Part shown: positions 12,600-25,897 of the stretch, piece after piece
Numbering within the stretch: the stretch's first letter is position 1
Layout of the letters: every line of letters starts with the position of its first letter
Assembly: GCF_006345805.1 (NCBI RefSeq)
Contig: NC_043003.1
Location: forward strand, 74,400,001 to 74,464,000
DNA: 64,000 nucleotides
Origin: Octopus sinensis
Lineage: Eukaryota
Direction of reading: 5' to 3'
Position numbers and translations under genes: made by a program
The notes under the pieces: model-generated
The model's input: the letters and a program-made list of their open reading frames with translations, nothing else
Database searches by the model: none
What the model was told of the DNA's origin: nothing

Positions 12600-13190
12600 T
12601 GTAATATAACAGCAATGCCTGGAAAAATCAAGGATTACATGGAAAATTGCGAGCAGGAAAATTAATATTCTTACGATTATAAACCTAGAAATGTACAGGA
12701 GAAGTTATTACACCTGTAAAAGTATAGGACAAACTATTATTCAAGAAAAGTAAAGATTAAAAAACGTTTTACTTAAAATACTGCAGCTAGAATTAAGATT
12801 TGAATATTCAAATATATTTATTTATAGTTTACAAATAACACTATACTTGTTTAAGTAGAATTTCGCCAATTTACTACATTAAATACACAAAAAAGTGACT
12901 AATTAGACAAACTTACAAATTAGCTGAACTGTTTTGTACAATAAATTTAAGAGACGAGAAACTTTAAAGAGTGATAAATTAGAAGAACTGGCACTCTTTG
13001 CTGCAATTTAAAAAAAGTTTCTTAATCTTTAATTTACTTGAAGTAATAGTTTTTCCTACACTTTTACAGGTGTAATTATTTGTCCTGTACTTTTGCAGGC
13101 TTATAATCTTAAGAACATTACTTCCCATGCTCGCATTTTCCCATGTAATTAGATAACGCTTTCCTTTCGTTTGCAAGGGTTATAATAATA
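12600..13190. repeat. Diverged ~160 bp inverted repeats around a ~200 bp spacer (foldback/MITE-like)
   Basis: 12634-12788 (attacatggaaaattgcgagc...acacctgtaaaagtatagg...aaagattaaaaaac) aligns with the reverse complement of 12999-13150. Confidence 0.75.
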
Positions 13191-13368
13191 ACTATACCAG
13201 CTTTCAAGTGTAATCAAACAACACCGTAAAAATGCCATTTCTCTTGTTCGTAAAATCATTCCGCTGTACCTTATACGCTGTTGATGAAACGATGCTACAA
13301 TTTTATGGCGTGGATTGCACAAATATATATTCGTTTCTGCTGTAGGCACAAGACACGGAATTTTGTGG

Positions 13369-13486
13369 GAAGAGGCTAGTCGATTAGATCTACGCCAGTA
13401 CGCCATTGGTACTTAATTTACCGACCCCGAAAGGATGAAACTCAAAGACAAACTCGGAGGAATTTGAAATTAGAACGCAATGGCAA
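13369..13486 (-). mobile_element. Octopus SINE family B fragment
   Basis: tagtcgattagatc...ggtacttaatttaccgaccccgaaaggatgaaa...ggaatttgaa is the reverse complement of the family B core. Confidence 0.8.
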
Positions 13487-13551
13487 AAAGGGGGAAAGGA
13501 AACAGTGACTCAGTAGAAAATTCAGTTTCCTCTGCATTGCCTTTTCCTTGC

Positions 13552-14180
13552 TTATTTTATGAGAATATTGGTTACGTTTTTCAATATTATAGTTTCACCA
13601 TTTTGTTCACAAATTCTGCACTTATCACTTTCTGATGCGCTATCAATTCTGTATTTTATGTAGTTTGTTCTTAGTGCTTGCTCTTGGGCAGCAAGGATTA
13701 GAGCCTCCGTTTCCGGTTTTAATTCACTTTTAGTCATCCACAGCCATCTTTTTTCTGTCTGTCTTATCGTCAACATCCCTATGAAATTGACCATACATTT
13801 TTTTCTTTATTCACCTATTTTCAGTTTCATTCGTTTTCAAGTGTTTGTATTGTACTTTGTCTTTGCCACCTTTCATCCTACACGAACCTGACGTTCTTAC
13901 TTCTAATAATAGCGGTTCTGTGGCATTTTTTTCCATTATCTTCTGCCATGATGTTGTGTTCGCATCCTCTTCCCTTCTTTTTCTTGGTACATACTGTCTA
14001 TCTGTGTCACTTTTTGGGTGGAGTGACCCATATCTAGTTAGTAGCTTCCTTGTCTTTCTTTCTAAGCTGTTTAGTTCGTATCCTGTCCACGCGATTACCC
14101 CTGCTCCATATCTAAGGATTCAAACCGCCCAGGTGTTGATAGCTTTTATGTTATTCCGTCCGTTAATTTCGACTTAAAGG
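13552..14180 (-). mobile_element. R4/Dong-like RLE non-LTR retrotransposon fragment (post-RT thumb to zinc knuckle)
   Basis: Minus frames give KSKL..RNNIKAINTWAV*ILRYGAGVIAWT...LERKTRKLLT..GSLHPKSDTDRQYVPRK...KMYGQFHR...WLWMTKSELKPETEALILAAQEQALRTNYIKYRID...KCRICEQNGETI. Confidence 0.88.
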
Positions 14181-14278
14181 TCAGTATCATTATTATTATT
14201 ATTATTACTGCTGTTGTTGTTTTTGTTGTTGTTATTGTTATTATCATTGTTATTGTTGTTGTTGTTCCTGTTATTTAT

Positions 14279-14796
14279 TGTGTGAGATGAATGTCATCAA
14301 AATGACCCTGGAGTACAAATATCATGACTACACGTTTGACAAGAGTACATCAGGGATATGGATCACAACCACATTTGCACAGCATAGTAATCTCATATTA
14401 AGATAAACAGCGCATGACCTTGCATCTGGGGACCAGGTAGAATTGAGGTCAGGGGGCGCAAAAGATCCCTGAATAAAGTTTGCTTAAGTATATTGAACAA
14501 AACCATCATGTTTTCAGAAGTGATTTATTCAAACTCCAAAATTTTTTTTCTTAGAACGTGGCTATAATGTTCCTCCACCACTATTACTCGAGTTCAGAGA
14601 TTCACATATCGTCAGCCACTAAGGGACATACTCAGCTAGTTAAGGTCAACCAACTGACAAGTAAAACAGGATTATTGAACAGAATATTTGCTGCCGCCCA
14701 TCTTTTATACGAAGACAAATAATGTACACGATAGCACTTCTGATCAGGTAAGATGAGAAACCATATAAGCCACTATCTGGTACTGCATCAGGGAAT
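14279..14796 (-). mobile_element. Non-coding interspersed repeat, family C copy 1, flanked by (TTA/TTG)n
   Basis: Aligns with 14916-15376 and 16777-17287 (gccatcaaagtgac...cagccactaagggacat.ctca.ct.gttaaggtcaa.caactgacaag). Confidence 0.85.
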
Positions 14797-14815
14797 ATTA
14801 TTATTGTTGTTGTTG

Positions 14816-14912
<97 letters not shown>

Positions 14913-14915
14913 TCT

Positions 14916-15374
14916 TGAGTGAGAGAGCAGTTCATGCCATCAAAGTGACACTGGGATAAAATATACGAAGCCCAATATACCCATCATGACTACCCGTATG
15001 ATAAGGGTACACCAGGCACATGCATCACAACCATATGTGCGCGACATTGTGATCTCATATCAAGAAAAACAGCACATGACCTTGCAGGTGGGGCCCAGTT
15101 AGAATTTTCTTCAGGTCGAGTAGCCCATCCTGCTCAAAAGGTCCATGAATAAGGGTTGCTTTAGGATGTTGAACGAAACACCCATGTTTCCAGAGGTGAA
15201 TTATTCAAACTCCAAAGAATCCCTCTCAACACATAGCTATGATGCTCCCCCACTACTTCTGCTCGTGATCAGAGATGCACGTATTGTCAGCCACTAAAGG
15301 ACATGCTCAACTGGTTAAGGTCAAACAACTGACAAGCACATCTGTGGTATTGAGCAGAATATTTGCTGTAGCCC

Positions 15375-15376
<2 letters not shown>
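14916..15376 (-). mobile_element. Non-coding interspersed repeat, family C copy 2, embedded in (TTA)n
   Basis: Same family as above. Strand is inferred from the (AAT)n tail on the minus strand. Confidence 0.85.
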
Positions 15377-15453
<77 letters not shown>

Positions 15454-15462
15454 TACTATTAC

Positions 15463-15517
<55 letters not shown>

Positions 15518-15541
15518 GTTACCATTATCATTATTATTATT

Positions 15542-15576
<35 letters not shown>

Positions 15577-15589
15577 TATTATTATTATT

Positions 15590-16685
15590 CCTTCTTTCTT
15601 CAAATTTTCTTCCGTTTCTCGCCGAGTGTTTTCCGTACACCCTAGGGCAGGGAACTTTATTGTATGCATTCCCAGATTATACACGCAAATTCACAGGTAA
15701 AATATGTATTTAGGAAAAATAAAGAATAAATAAATTCATGAATGGATGTTGTTTTCACAGCGATAATGCTCTTCTCAGTACATGAGCCGTTCCAGTTAAC
15801 ACGATTTGTACTTCCTGTAGGGATGGTAAGCCTGGTATCAGTACCTTCTTGTTTATCATTCCTAGAGATCCTACAATCACTGATACTATAGTCGCCTGAA
15901 GATGCCACATTTTTTTCAACTTCTATTAGCAAGTATTTATATTTACTCATCTTGTCAAATTCTTCTGCTGCTATATTGTGATCGCAAGGAATACTCATGT
16001 CAATTAATAAACACATCTTTTTTGTCTGTTCTTTTATGACAATATCCGGTTTATTATCTTTTGTCGGTATGTACGGGGAAGTCCCATAGAATCGATACAT
16101 TTTCTCCCTCAGTCATAGCTTCAGGATGGGGTTTATATGATTTGTCAGCGGTTTGGATTTTATAATGCCGACATATTGTCCAGTGTAAATACTGGCCGAA
16201 TCTGCCATGTTTTGCTTTATATCTGCAGGTGCTAAGACTCAACTCCCTGAGGTTAGGTGGCCTATTGTTTCAATCTCATCGTTACAGAATCGGCATTTTG
16301 GGTCAGCTCCATTTTTTATCACATTGGCTGGGCAGCTCCGGGTTAATAAGCATTGGTCTTGAGCAGCTAATATGAAACCCTCACTCTCTGCTCTTAGATC
16401 TGAGCTTCGTAACCATTGATGCGTGTTTTTCTGGTCGACATCAGCTTGTTTGCTACGGGCCACATACTTGCCATGCAGAAGTTTCTGTTCCCATCTGCTA
16501 GCTAATTTTGCATGCGCTTTTGTCTTTGGTATCAATTTTATTTTCTTTCCAGCAGCCATCGGCGCATTTCCTTCCGCCTGATCAATATACTGAGTATCTA
16601 AGAGATCAGTAGCGAATCTTTTGCTCTCTTTCAGAATAGAATGAAGTTTTGTCGAGTTTTCAGAATAGAGTGAATTTTTTCGGTC

Positions 16686-16690
<5 letters not shown>
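15590..16690 (-). mobile_element. R4/Dong-like RLE LINE 3' end (CCHC knuckle, RLE, 3' UTR, (AAT)n tail)
   Basis: WEQKLLHGKY...WLRSSDLRAESEGFILAAQDQCLLTR...KCRFCNDEIETIGHLTSG, then RHGRFGQYLHWTICRHY...ILWDFPVHTDK..NKPDIVIKEQTKKMCLLIDMSIP...KMSKY..LLIEVEKMW...GTAHVLRRALSL* (stop 15755-15757), with several frameshifts. Confidence 0.92.
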
Positions 16691-16735
<45 letters not shown>

Positions 16736-16776
16736 TATTATTATTATTATATTATTATTATTATTATTATTATTAT

Positions 16777-17287
16777 TGAGTGAGAGAGCAGTGCATGCCA
16801 TCAAAGTGACACGGGGGCAAAATATTCGAAGCCCAGTATACCCATAATGGCCACCCGTCTTACAAAGGCACACCAGATGCATGCATCACAACAATATGTG
16901 CGCGAAATGGTGATCCAATATCAAGATAAACAGCACCTGACGTTGCAGATGGGACAGATTTAGAATTTTATCTTGGTCGAGTAGACCATCCCGCCCAAAA
17001 GGTCCCTGAATAAGGATTGTTTAAGGATGTTGAAAGAACCGCCCATGTTTCCAAAGGTTAATTATCCAAATCTCCAAGAATTCCTTTCAACACACGGCTA
17101 TGATACTCCCCCGCTACTACTGCTCGTGGTCAGAGATGCACATATCGTCAGCCACTAAGAGACATGGTCAACTGGTTAAGGTCAAACAACTAACAAGCAA
17201 ATCTGTGGTATTGTGGACAATATTTGCTGTAGTCCATCTTTTACACCAAGACAAATTTGCTGTAGCCCATCTATTATACCAAGACAA
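16777..17287 (-). mobile_element. Non-coding interspersed repeat, family C copy 3, with a short internal duplication near 17220-17287
   Basis: Same family; tttgctgtag.ccatct.tta.accaagacaa occurs twice. Confidence 0.85.
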
Positions 17288-17294
17288 TTATTAC

Positions 17295-17358
<64 letters not shown>

Positions 17359-17831
17359 TGCAATGCCCATATCACACGGATACTTATGCTTCTGAATATC
17401 ATCATGAATATCATTACCACCATCCAGTCATCTCCCTTTTACGTACTATTTGATCATTGGAGAAAACATTTACTTATATAATTGACTCGGTTTATATGAT
17501 GTGTGTGTGTGGTGGGAAGTGTAATATGTGAAGTTAGAATGAGATTAGCCTAAAGTTAAAAGAGCGTAATATTTCATGCATTCAAAGCAGGATATTCCTT
17601 TATCATCACACAACTGTGGTTTTTTTGATCTTCCTTAGAATCACTTCAGAGATATATTTTTCTGATTTTTGATACGCAGCCACAATTTAATGTCAACATA
17701 GAACATAACTCACATTTTGTGCTCACATATACGTGGAGAGATTGTACGTGAAAATATATATATATATATATATATAGATATAGATATAGATAGTTAGATA
17801 GAGAGATATACATACATACAAACACGCACAC

Positions 17832-17912
<81 letters not shown>

Positions 17913-18643
17913 TGTACCGTAAATATGATATATACGAAAAAGGAAGTATTTAGAAATCTATGCAGAACAGTTATTAAATCAATTTCACGTGTCGACCTGT
18001 GTTCATGAAAAGTTGAAGTATAAATAGCTTCCAAATTGCCAGTGTGTTTGCTATGTGTGTAGTACGTACATACTATTGTAAAAATCATAGCATTACACCT
18101 CTTTGTCTCTGTCTTCATATTCTTCCCCGTATGGGTGAATATCTATAGAGAGCATAAACATATTTTAACTTTACTACCAGAAACCTTCCTTTAGTTTCAT
18201 TTCTTTTTCTTATAAATCCTTTCAAATAATGATAAATGACAGTTTGAGATTTGAACTGGTGTAGCAGGTGTTTTATTAGAAATGTTTACAAGGAACTTTC
18301 TCGAAGATCTTTGGAAGAAAGAAGTGCCATAGTGCAAGAAATTATACTAATATTTTGCCACAGTTTAGAAAATCTTTGCAGCATACGTGATGGAAAGTAA
18401 GAATTTGAAAATCACGAGTTTTTCGAGTTCTTGTCTGCTGTACTTGAAGCTGATATATTCCAAATGTAATCCATACTCTCAGTTCAGATGATCCGGACCG
18501 AACAGTGAATTATTGCGGGTGTTAGTTCATAAAAGCTGTAGAAGGTGCACACTTATCAATAAAGTTTATTAGGAGCCATGATTCTGCATTCAAATAAAAT
18601 ACGTCTATTAACCACCACAATTGCACTTGCTCGGGACGGGACA

Positions 18644-18722
<79 letters not shown>

Positions 18723-18859
18723 GAAAAAGAAGATGGTAAATTAGAAGTGAATAATTGTTTCTTATCAACAGAAAATTAATCACCTTTGCTTACAGCTGTT
18801 TCAAGTAATACTTGGAAAATTATCTTCGGAGGGAAAAAATAGGTAAATGTTTGTGTAAC

Positions 18860-19320
18860 ACACGCACGATTTTCACTAAGAAAATAAAACTCGGATGTTT
18901 TGCGTGGAATCATTGCATACTTTTCTTCGTTGAATGAACTCCTATGACCTCCTAATACGCTACAAAATTCCTTTATGCGGTCCGAGAATGGGGTGGATTG
19001 AGGTGGAAGCCTCGAAAATTTCATCCCCCACCCTTATTGATCTTTCCACCAGCACAATTTTCACTAAGGAAAAAAATAGGATTTTTTTCGTTGAAACAAT
19101 TACCATGACCTTCTAATATGCTGCAAATCTCTTATTTTGGTTCGGAAAAATGAGGTGAGGCTTCAGAGGACTCCCATCCCCGAATCATTAGAATTTTTTT
19201 CGTTGAATGGATTCCTGTGACCTAACACGCTACATGACCTTTTGGTGAGTCCGACAAACTGGGTGGGGTGAGGTGGAAGCCTCGGAAATTTTATCCACTC
19301 CCAAAATTTTACAGAAATGA
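18860..19320. repeat. Three diverged tandem units (~120-160 bp)
   Basis: The motif ttttttcgttgaa...tgacct..taa.acgct.ca recurs at about 18920, 19085 and 19197; tgaggtggaagcctcg.aaattt recurs at 19000 and 19270. Confidence 0.7.
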
Positions 19321-19625
19321 AATTTCCAGAGTGAGAATTACATGGTTCGTTATTAAATATATACATAATAGAAAATGTGACATTTTATATTGTATATATA
19401 TATATAAATATAATAGCGTGTATGCGTATATAGACGGATAAAAATTTGCTGTCAAATTAATGGATTAATTCTCAACAAAACATACTTTGCTGGACTAAAT
19501 ATCTTACGCTTTATACCACCGTTTTAAGAAAAAAAAGCTCTTTCAAACGCAAACTAATTTTTGTGCGTGTATGTGGGGGAGCAATATGAACGATGGCACA
19601 TTCTATACTATACATATATACATTT

Positions 19626-19656
<31 letters not shown>

Positions 19657-19776
19657 AATAAGATAAGATGAAATTTTTTTTCAGAAAAACTTAAAGTGGC
19701 AGCATATCAAAATACCATTATAGGTTAACATTTTATAAATGTTATAAGCAACTTACAAACAAGGGCAAAATAGCAA

Positions 19777-20115
19777 TTATCCCCATGCCAATATGCTGAT
19801 AACTGACTTTAAATCGTCAATTTCCACATTTCAACATACATTCACTATAAATACATGTGCTGAAATCGCGGAAAGCTAGCCAACAGAATTTATTTTTAAA
19901 GTTCGTTATTTCTATATTGAATCAATTTCGGGATTAATCCTATGGATTCTTCTAATCCTGAAATTGATTCAATACAGAAATAACGAACTTTAAACATAAA
20001 TTCTGTTGGCTAGCTTTCCTCAATTTCAGCGCAACGTGTATTTATAGTGAATGTATAATGAAATGAGGAAATTGACGATTTAAAGTCTGATATCAGGATA
20101 TTGACATAGAGATAA
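19777..20115. repeat. ~340 bp diverged foldback
   Basis: gaaagctagccaacagaatttat...aaagttcgttatttct.tattgaatcaatttc is mirrored by gaaattgattcaatacagaaataacgaacttt...ataaattctgttggctagctttc; loop about 19937-19962. Confidence 0.88.
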
Positions 20116-20140
20116 TTTTTCTTTTGCATTGTTTATAGGT

Positions 20141-20177
<37 letters not shown>

Positions 20178-20259
20178 CTCCGTAGTTTTTTTGTGCTAAG
20201 CCACTTGGTGTTAAATTGATGGTATTATTAAATTAATATCGATTTTTCACCCTCATTGA

Positions 20260-20355
<96 letters not shown>

Positions 20356-20499
20356 ACTTATAAACAATTAAATAAGTGTAGAAATTGATATTAATCGATT
20401 AAAACCGGTCACGTAACATATTTTAAAAATTCCGAGGATTAAAAATTGTGTTACATACAAGATTTAGAGGACTAACCACTAAACGTGGACAGTCTATAT

Positions 20500-21000
20500 T
20501 CTAAACATTGACGTCAAATATATTTGACATTACCACGAGGGATGTGTTCTCAAGAAAAATCTAAAAACAAGCAAGGCAAATGAAAATATACGAAATAAAA
20601 AACGATTACCTATGTACCATTGGCTTCACTTGGTAATGTTTACGTTAATGGACACGCAAAGATCTGCAAGATCATCAGCATAGTCTGTCGTTTACAAAAC
20701 ACAATTTCCAGAACTAGGCAAAGAACGCTCAACCGAAATCCTGCATGTATAATTTTCTACTACTTGCGCTTGGAATATCCAGAATAGTGAAACGTAATCT
20801 CTCTAGTATTTGCTCTATATATCATAAGCTGTAATACAACTAAGCAGAGTAGTAACTTAACCAGTATAATGGAAGCAGAGAGCATGATGAACATCAGCAA
20901 CGCTAAAGCTGTCTACATACTGATTTTTTGCTGGTCACCTGTTCTTAGTCACGTCAACAGATTAATGTTGTTGAGAGAGATGACGTTTTCGTGTTAACAT
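20500..21000 (-). mobile_element. Heavily decayed RT fragment, probably RTE-like LINE
   Basis: The minus strand encodes TDYADDLADL (YADD motif, about 20675-20700) and upstream LVVLQL, resembling GVLQG. Possibly extends to about 21900. Confidence 0.4.
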
Positions 21001-22670
21001 ATGTTATTTTAAGTTAAAAGATAAAGCCGGGAGCATTCGTGGACTTTTATAGTAGTTTGAATATATAAGAGAGCGCGGTGAGACAGGAATAAGAGTGTCG
21101 TTGTTATAACATGATTTACTAGCAGTATGAAAACGCTTCTATTATAGGAAATTGGGTTGATGCTCGAGGTGCCTATGAAACAAATGATTACTGAATGGTT
21201 CTGACATAATGCTTCATATTTTTCTACAATAAGTTCTTTTATCTATTGCGGTCATTGTTTCCCGTCTTCTTGGAAGACCTTACATTAGGTTTGATCCGTC
21301 TCCAACTGAGATCATCACATGTTTTTGTGCATTTCAAGAAGTCGAAATTTTGCTGGCGTCTATGAATCAATGTTTGTTTCTCATAAAAGAAATATTTCTT
21401 TCCGTGTGTTAACGATATCACCTGTCAATTTGAGGAGCTCTGGTTTTTTTTTATCAAAACTTATACTACGCGGTTCAAGTTTTAGCGAAAGTTCAGCTAT
21501 ATGTTCAATGAGATTTGTAAAGTGTTAGTAATACGTTCTTAAATTATCACCGCTTGTATCATCTGTATGCTCTTATTGTTCTGGTCTGAATAACGTAGAG
21601 GATTTATATTAATGATGTTGGTTAATTGTATATACGTCAGCATAATGAGAAGATATTTACTTATTTCGGAGCTTTAAATTGAATTTTCTGAAGAACATAG
21701 GAGCTAATGTTTCTTTAGCAGGTATGTATTTCGTAGTGCATTTAAATTTATACGCCTACCTTCAAACCATTATCTTTTCTGACACATAATATTCAGGAAT
21801 AATTTGTCCAAAACGTTCATCTATTTTAATCTCTAGTTCAACGAAATGTTCTTCGCTGTTAATTTGACATTTTCTAGACTGACAAGTGATTTGTTTGTTC
21901 TAGTCCTATATTTGGCCTTGTTTGTACTATAATTAATTTGGTAACCTATAGTTATCTCTTCGATTGTTTAACATTTAAATTGGCTTATTTGAATACATTT
22001 ACTTTCTTTTCAGTGAAATATGAAAAATATTATATGAAGTAAATCGTTAATACAATAATAATTTTAGTTTTAATTCTCACTAAAAATATTCGAAGCGAGA
22101 TACTTTCATGTTATTTATATTTTGATATTTTTCAACTATTTTGCACAGTTTTCTACTGTTCTAAATATTTTCTAATTCATATCGATGTTTATCGACCATG
22201 TTTATCCCATGGACCACTTTCATTCTTATTTTACTTCAATGGATCCGAAGGGATAAAGCTCGGATAGGCGAGCTTTAGGGCTGAGACAACCTGCTGAAGG
22301 TTCCCAACAACACACTCTGCCGAGCAACTCAGGGTCACATCATCCACGCACTAAACAATGAATGGTATGCGGAGTGTCGGCAACTTCATCAAGAGCCAAC
22401 GCAATAAAGAGTGCATCAGGAAGATCACTGTGGGAGAAGTGATCTTGTTGTCAGCAGCCATGAGTGTTCCATAGGCAAACCAGCTGAGTGATCCATAGGG
22501 GCGGTAAGGTAGTGTAACGAAGGAGCGCAATACATTTCGACCAAAAAGATCGATAGAATAAATAGCAAGCTTAAAAGAATTAAGTGCCACGCTCGATTTG
22601 TTCGTGTACAACCTTTCAGATAATGCCCAATGACTGACCTTAATAAATAAAAAAAGAATATAGATATTCT

Positions 22671-22881
22671 TTCCTACTTTAGGCACAAGGCTCAAAATTT
22701 TGGGCAGGGGGCCAGTCGATTAGATAGATCCCAGAACGCAACTGGTAATTAATTTAATCGACCCCGTAAGGATGAAAGACAAAGTCGATGATAGCGGAAT
22801 TTGAACTCAGAACGTAAAACAGACGAAATACCGCTAAACATTTCGCCCGGCGTGCTAACTTTTCTGCCACCTCATCGCCTT
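22671..22881 (-). mobile_element. Octopus SINE family B, near full length
   Basis: The reverse complement starts aaggcgatgaggtggcagaaaagttagcacgccgggcgaaatg...gagttcaaattccgc. Confidence 0.88.
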
Positions 22882-23559
22882 GAGGGAAGGTAGATATTGA
22901 ACATGACTATATCGTGTTGTGTCTGGAGAGAATGATTCTCTTTTAGTGCCTTATAATTTAACACACTGATCGGTAAAGTTACCACTCGTTTACTTATTTA
23001 TTTTTCTGAAATTTTTGCTGCGTCTTGCAACCTTTTCAATAGTTGTTGACTCTGTCCTTTATCTCAGCTGCATTCGTTTTGTTCGTTTGTATCTTAATTT
23101 TAAGAACGTTGTTTTCAATTTCAGATTCAGAATATATTTTTCTGACATTTTGATATGTAGCGAATTTTGGTGATAACTCTAAAGCATGCATTTCATCTGT
23201 ATCCAGCTGTACTGCACCAAAATTCGCGGCATATAAAAAGGTAAGAAATATTGATTGTCTATCTGAAATTGAAATAAAAACGTTCCTAAACTTAAGACAC
23301 AAACAAACAAACAAAAATGAACGCAGCTCGCATAACGGACAGAGTCAACAAATATTGAAAAGTTTGCAACATGTAACGAAAATTTTAGGGAAATTGAATA
23401 AGTGAATGAGTTTCAAAATTTATCAGGGAGTATGTTTAATTATAAATCAGTAAAAGAAAACGACTCTCCCCAGGCACGACAGAGTATCCTTCAACACACG
23501 AACTCACATAAAGAAAATTGCAAACCAAATCCAAAAACGAAATACATAAACTTTCACCA

Positions 23560-24950
23560 AGCTAGCAAGAAGCTGAGAAACACCATATTCTGCTGTCTAA
23601 AAATCAAAATAGATACCCGACAGCTCCACATCATTAAAACATGTATCTTCTCCAATCTATACACAAAATCTGTTCACTTCTTGACACTTCTGAATTTGGC
23701 GTGCCACAACGATCATGTCAAATATCCCTGGGTCCTTTCTGAAGCCACACTGATCCTCTTGTAAATGCTCGTTTTCCATGTCCCGAGTGTAGCTTTTAAG
23801 GAGGATTCTTGCAAGTATGTTGCCTACTATGGCAGGAGATAAATTGCTCAGTCATTGTCACAGGAGTGTATGTTTCCTTTTCCCTTGCAAAGATGGTCTG
23901 GAAGAGATTGGTGAACTTTTGTGTGCCAAGACTGGATTCTTGCTTCGTATACTTCAGCTGGACTGGGTCCAGAGTCTAGCGTTTTGACATTTGAGAGAAG
24001 TTCAATTGCTTTCTGGACCTCTGTTTCTGCCGGAGGCTCTGCCAGAGAAGTGTTGATGTCAATTTGGGTCATGCGAGCAATGGCCTCAGCATTGGTAGGG
24101 GGAATACAGTTCGGGACTTTGTTGAAGTGCTCTGACAAGCGTTGCATTTTTATGAGTTGGGAGAGTGGACCGATCATTGGTTTTGTTTTCTGCTTTCCTG
24201 AACCTGATATTGTGCCTAGTAGATAGAGACTATGTAGGCTTAATACTTGTCATTCAGCAGTCTTTGAATTTCCTAATCGTTGCTGTCGAACTACCCAGGT
24301 GTCTACGTGTGTTCTAGCCCGGATGATTGTGTACAATGTTGTACAATGGTGTACACGTCTCTATATACTATCCAGTTCTCCTTTACTCCGTTTGTAACAA
24401 TATCAACAATTTATTGATGCTTTGTCACTTGTTTGCCGGCTTTCCTTATTCTCGCTGTTTGGGCTGGATGTGCATGTTGCCCAGCATTTTGCGCCATCCA
24501 TGGCCTTTGTTACCCTGGCATCATGCCTCTCTCGTCTTTTGTCTTTTACATAGTCGATTCGATGCCAATGTTTGCTGCCTGGATATATCCAGACGTCATT
24601 TTGCGGTTGGATAGACGAAATACTGTGTTGGTTAGCAACAGGGCATGCATTACACAAGTTTTCAGGAGTAGATGACAGTTGCTGATGCTCTCGCTAACTC
24701 CGTTTCTCCCAATGCCTCCCTCTCATGTCTGGTAGTTTGCACCAAATATGATTTTGAAGCCTCCGAGATCGACTGTCCTCATTATGGTTTGGCCGGCCTG
24801 TGAATACCGTTACCTGGAATTTTAGCGCAGGTGCATGCAGACCGCTTCGAGGGGCCACAGATGAGATTTAGCTGTCAAATGAAGACCAAATTGGACGAAG
24901 AGCACCACATGTTTCCCTATCAGGTGCGCTACACCATTCAAAATCCCATA
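23560..24950 (-). mobile_element. RTE-clade (BovB-like) LINE fragment: 5' region, APE end and RT start, with internal deletions
   Basis: WIYPGSKHWHRIDYVKDKRRERHDARVTKAMDGAKCW (APE C-terminus); RLSEHFNKVPN...INTSLAEPPAETEVQKAIELLS; KGKGNIHSCDND; plus downstream GISLL- and ESSLKAT-like and QKCQE/DLYRLE-like remnants of RT. Confidence 0.85.
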
Positions 24951-25544
24951 CACTCCACGCTCCCCACACATGCATACATGTGTACATAAAAATGTACATA
25001 CATACATAGACAGACGTTGAGAGGTGAAGTTGAGAAATAGACAGACAAGCAGACACAGACAGATAGATAGGATAAACAGATGACTTAGACAGAAAAGGGG
25101 GAAAATGGAATGCTTGTCTGGGAATGTCTATGATAGATATTGAAATTAAGAGAGCCAGAAAGAGAGGGAGTGATAAAGAATGAGATATGGAAACCGACAT
25201 ATTAATACTGCAACATAAAAGCACATTCACACACATGCACACACACACACACGCGCGCGCACACACATATGCTCGGAACCGTAAGTGTATGTGCTCATGT
25301 GGTATGTTGTATGCAGTATTTCGAATACCGAATGTAGAATAAATGTTTTAGTACAGAAATAGAAAAAAATGTTCAAACATTTTACTAGAGAAACTTGTTT
25401 GGTATCAAAATACTCATCATGCTCTTTCAGTACTTAGAACAGCTAATTAATTATGTAACATTATTATAGAAGTAACTTAAAATGCTCAAACAATTTGAGC
25501 AAGAAACAATTTTATTAAAATACTCACCAAGATAATTTTAAATA

Positions 25545-25823
25545 CTCTTTACTCTTTTACTTGTTTCAGTCATTTGACTGTGGCCATGCGGGAGCACCGC
25601 CTTCAGTCGAGCAAATCGTCCCCAGGACTTATTCTCTGTAAACCTAGTACTTATTCTATCGCTCTCCTTTGCCGATCTGCTAGGTTACGGGGACGTAACC
25701 ACACCAGAATCGGTTGTCAAGCGATGCTGGGGGGACAAACACAGACAGGCACATACATGCATACATATACATATATATATGTATATATATTTATGTATAT
25801 ATATATGTGTATATATATATATA

Positions 25824-25897
<74 letters not shown>

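Noticed and set aside
22240-22630. GC-richer fragment with a small hairpin (aaagctcg/cgagcttt) and possible APE-like peptide
   Set aside because: No diagnostic motif is retained; probably an unclassifiable retroelement remnant.
24700-24950. Possible HDV-like ribozyme in the RTE 5' region (tcttcgt, ctaa motifs)
   Set aside because: P1, P2 and P3 pairings could not be built in the required order.
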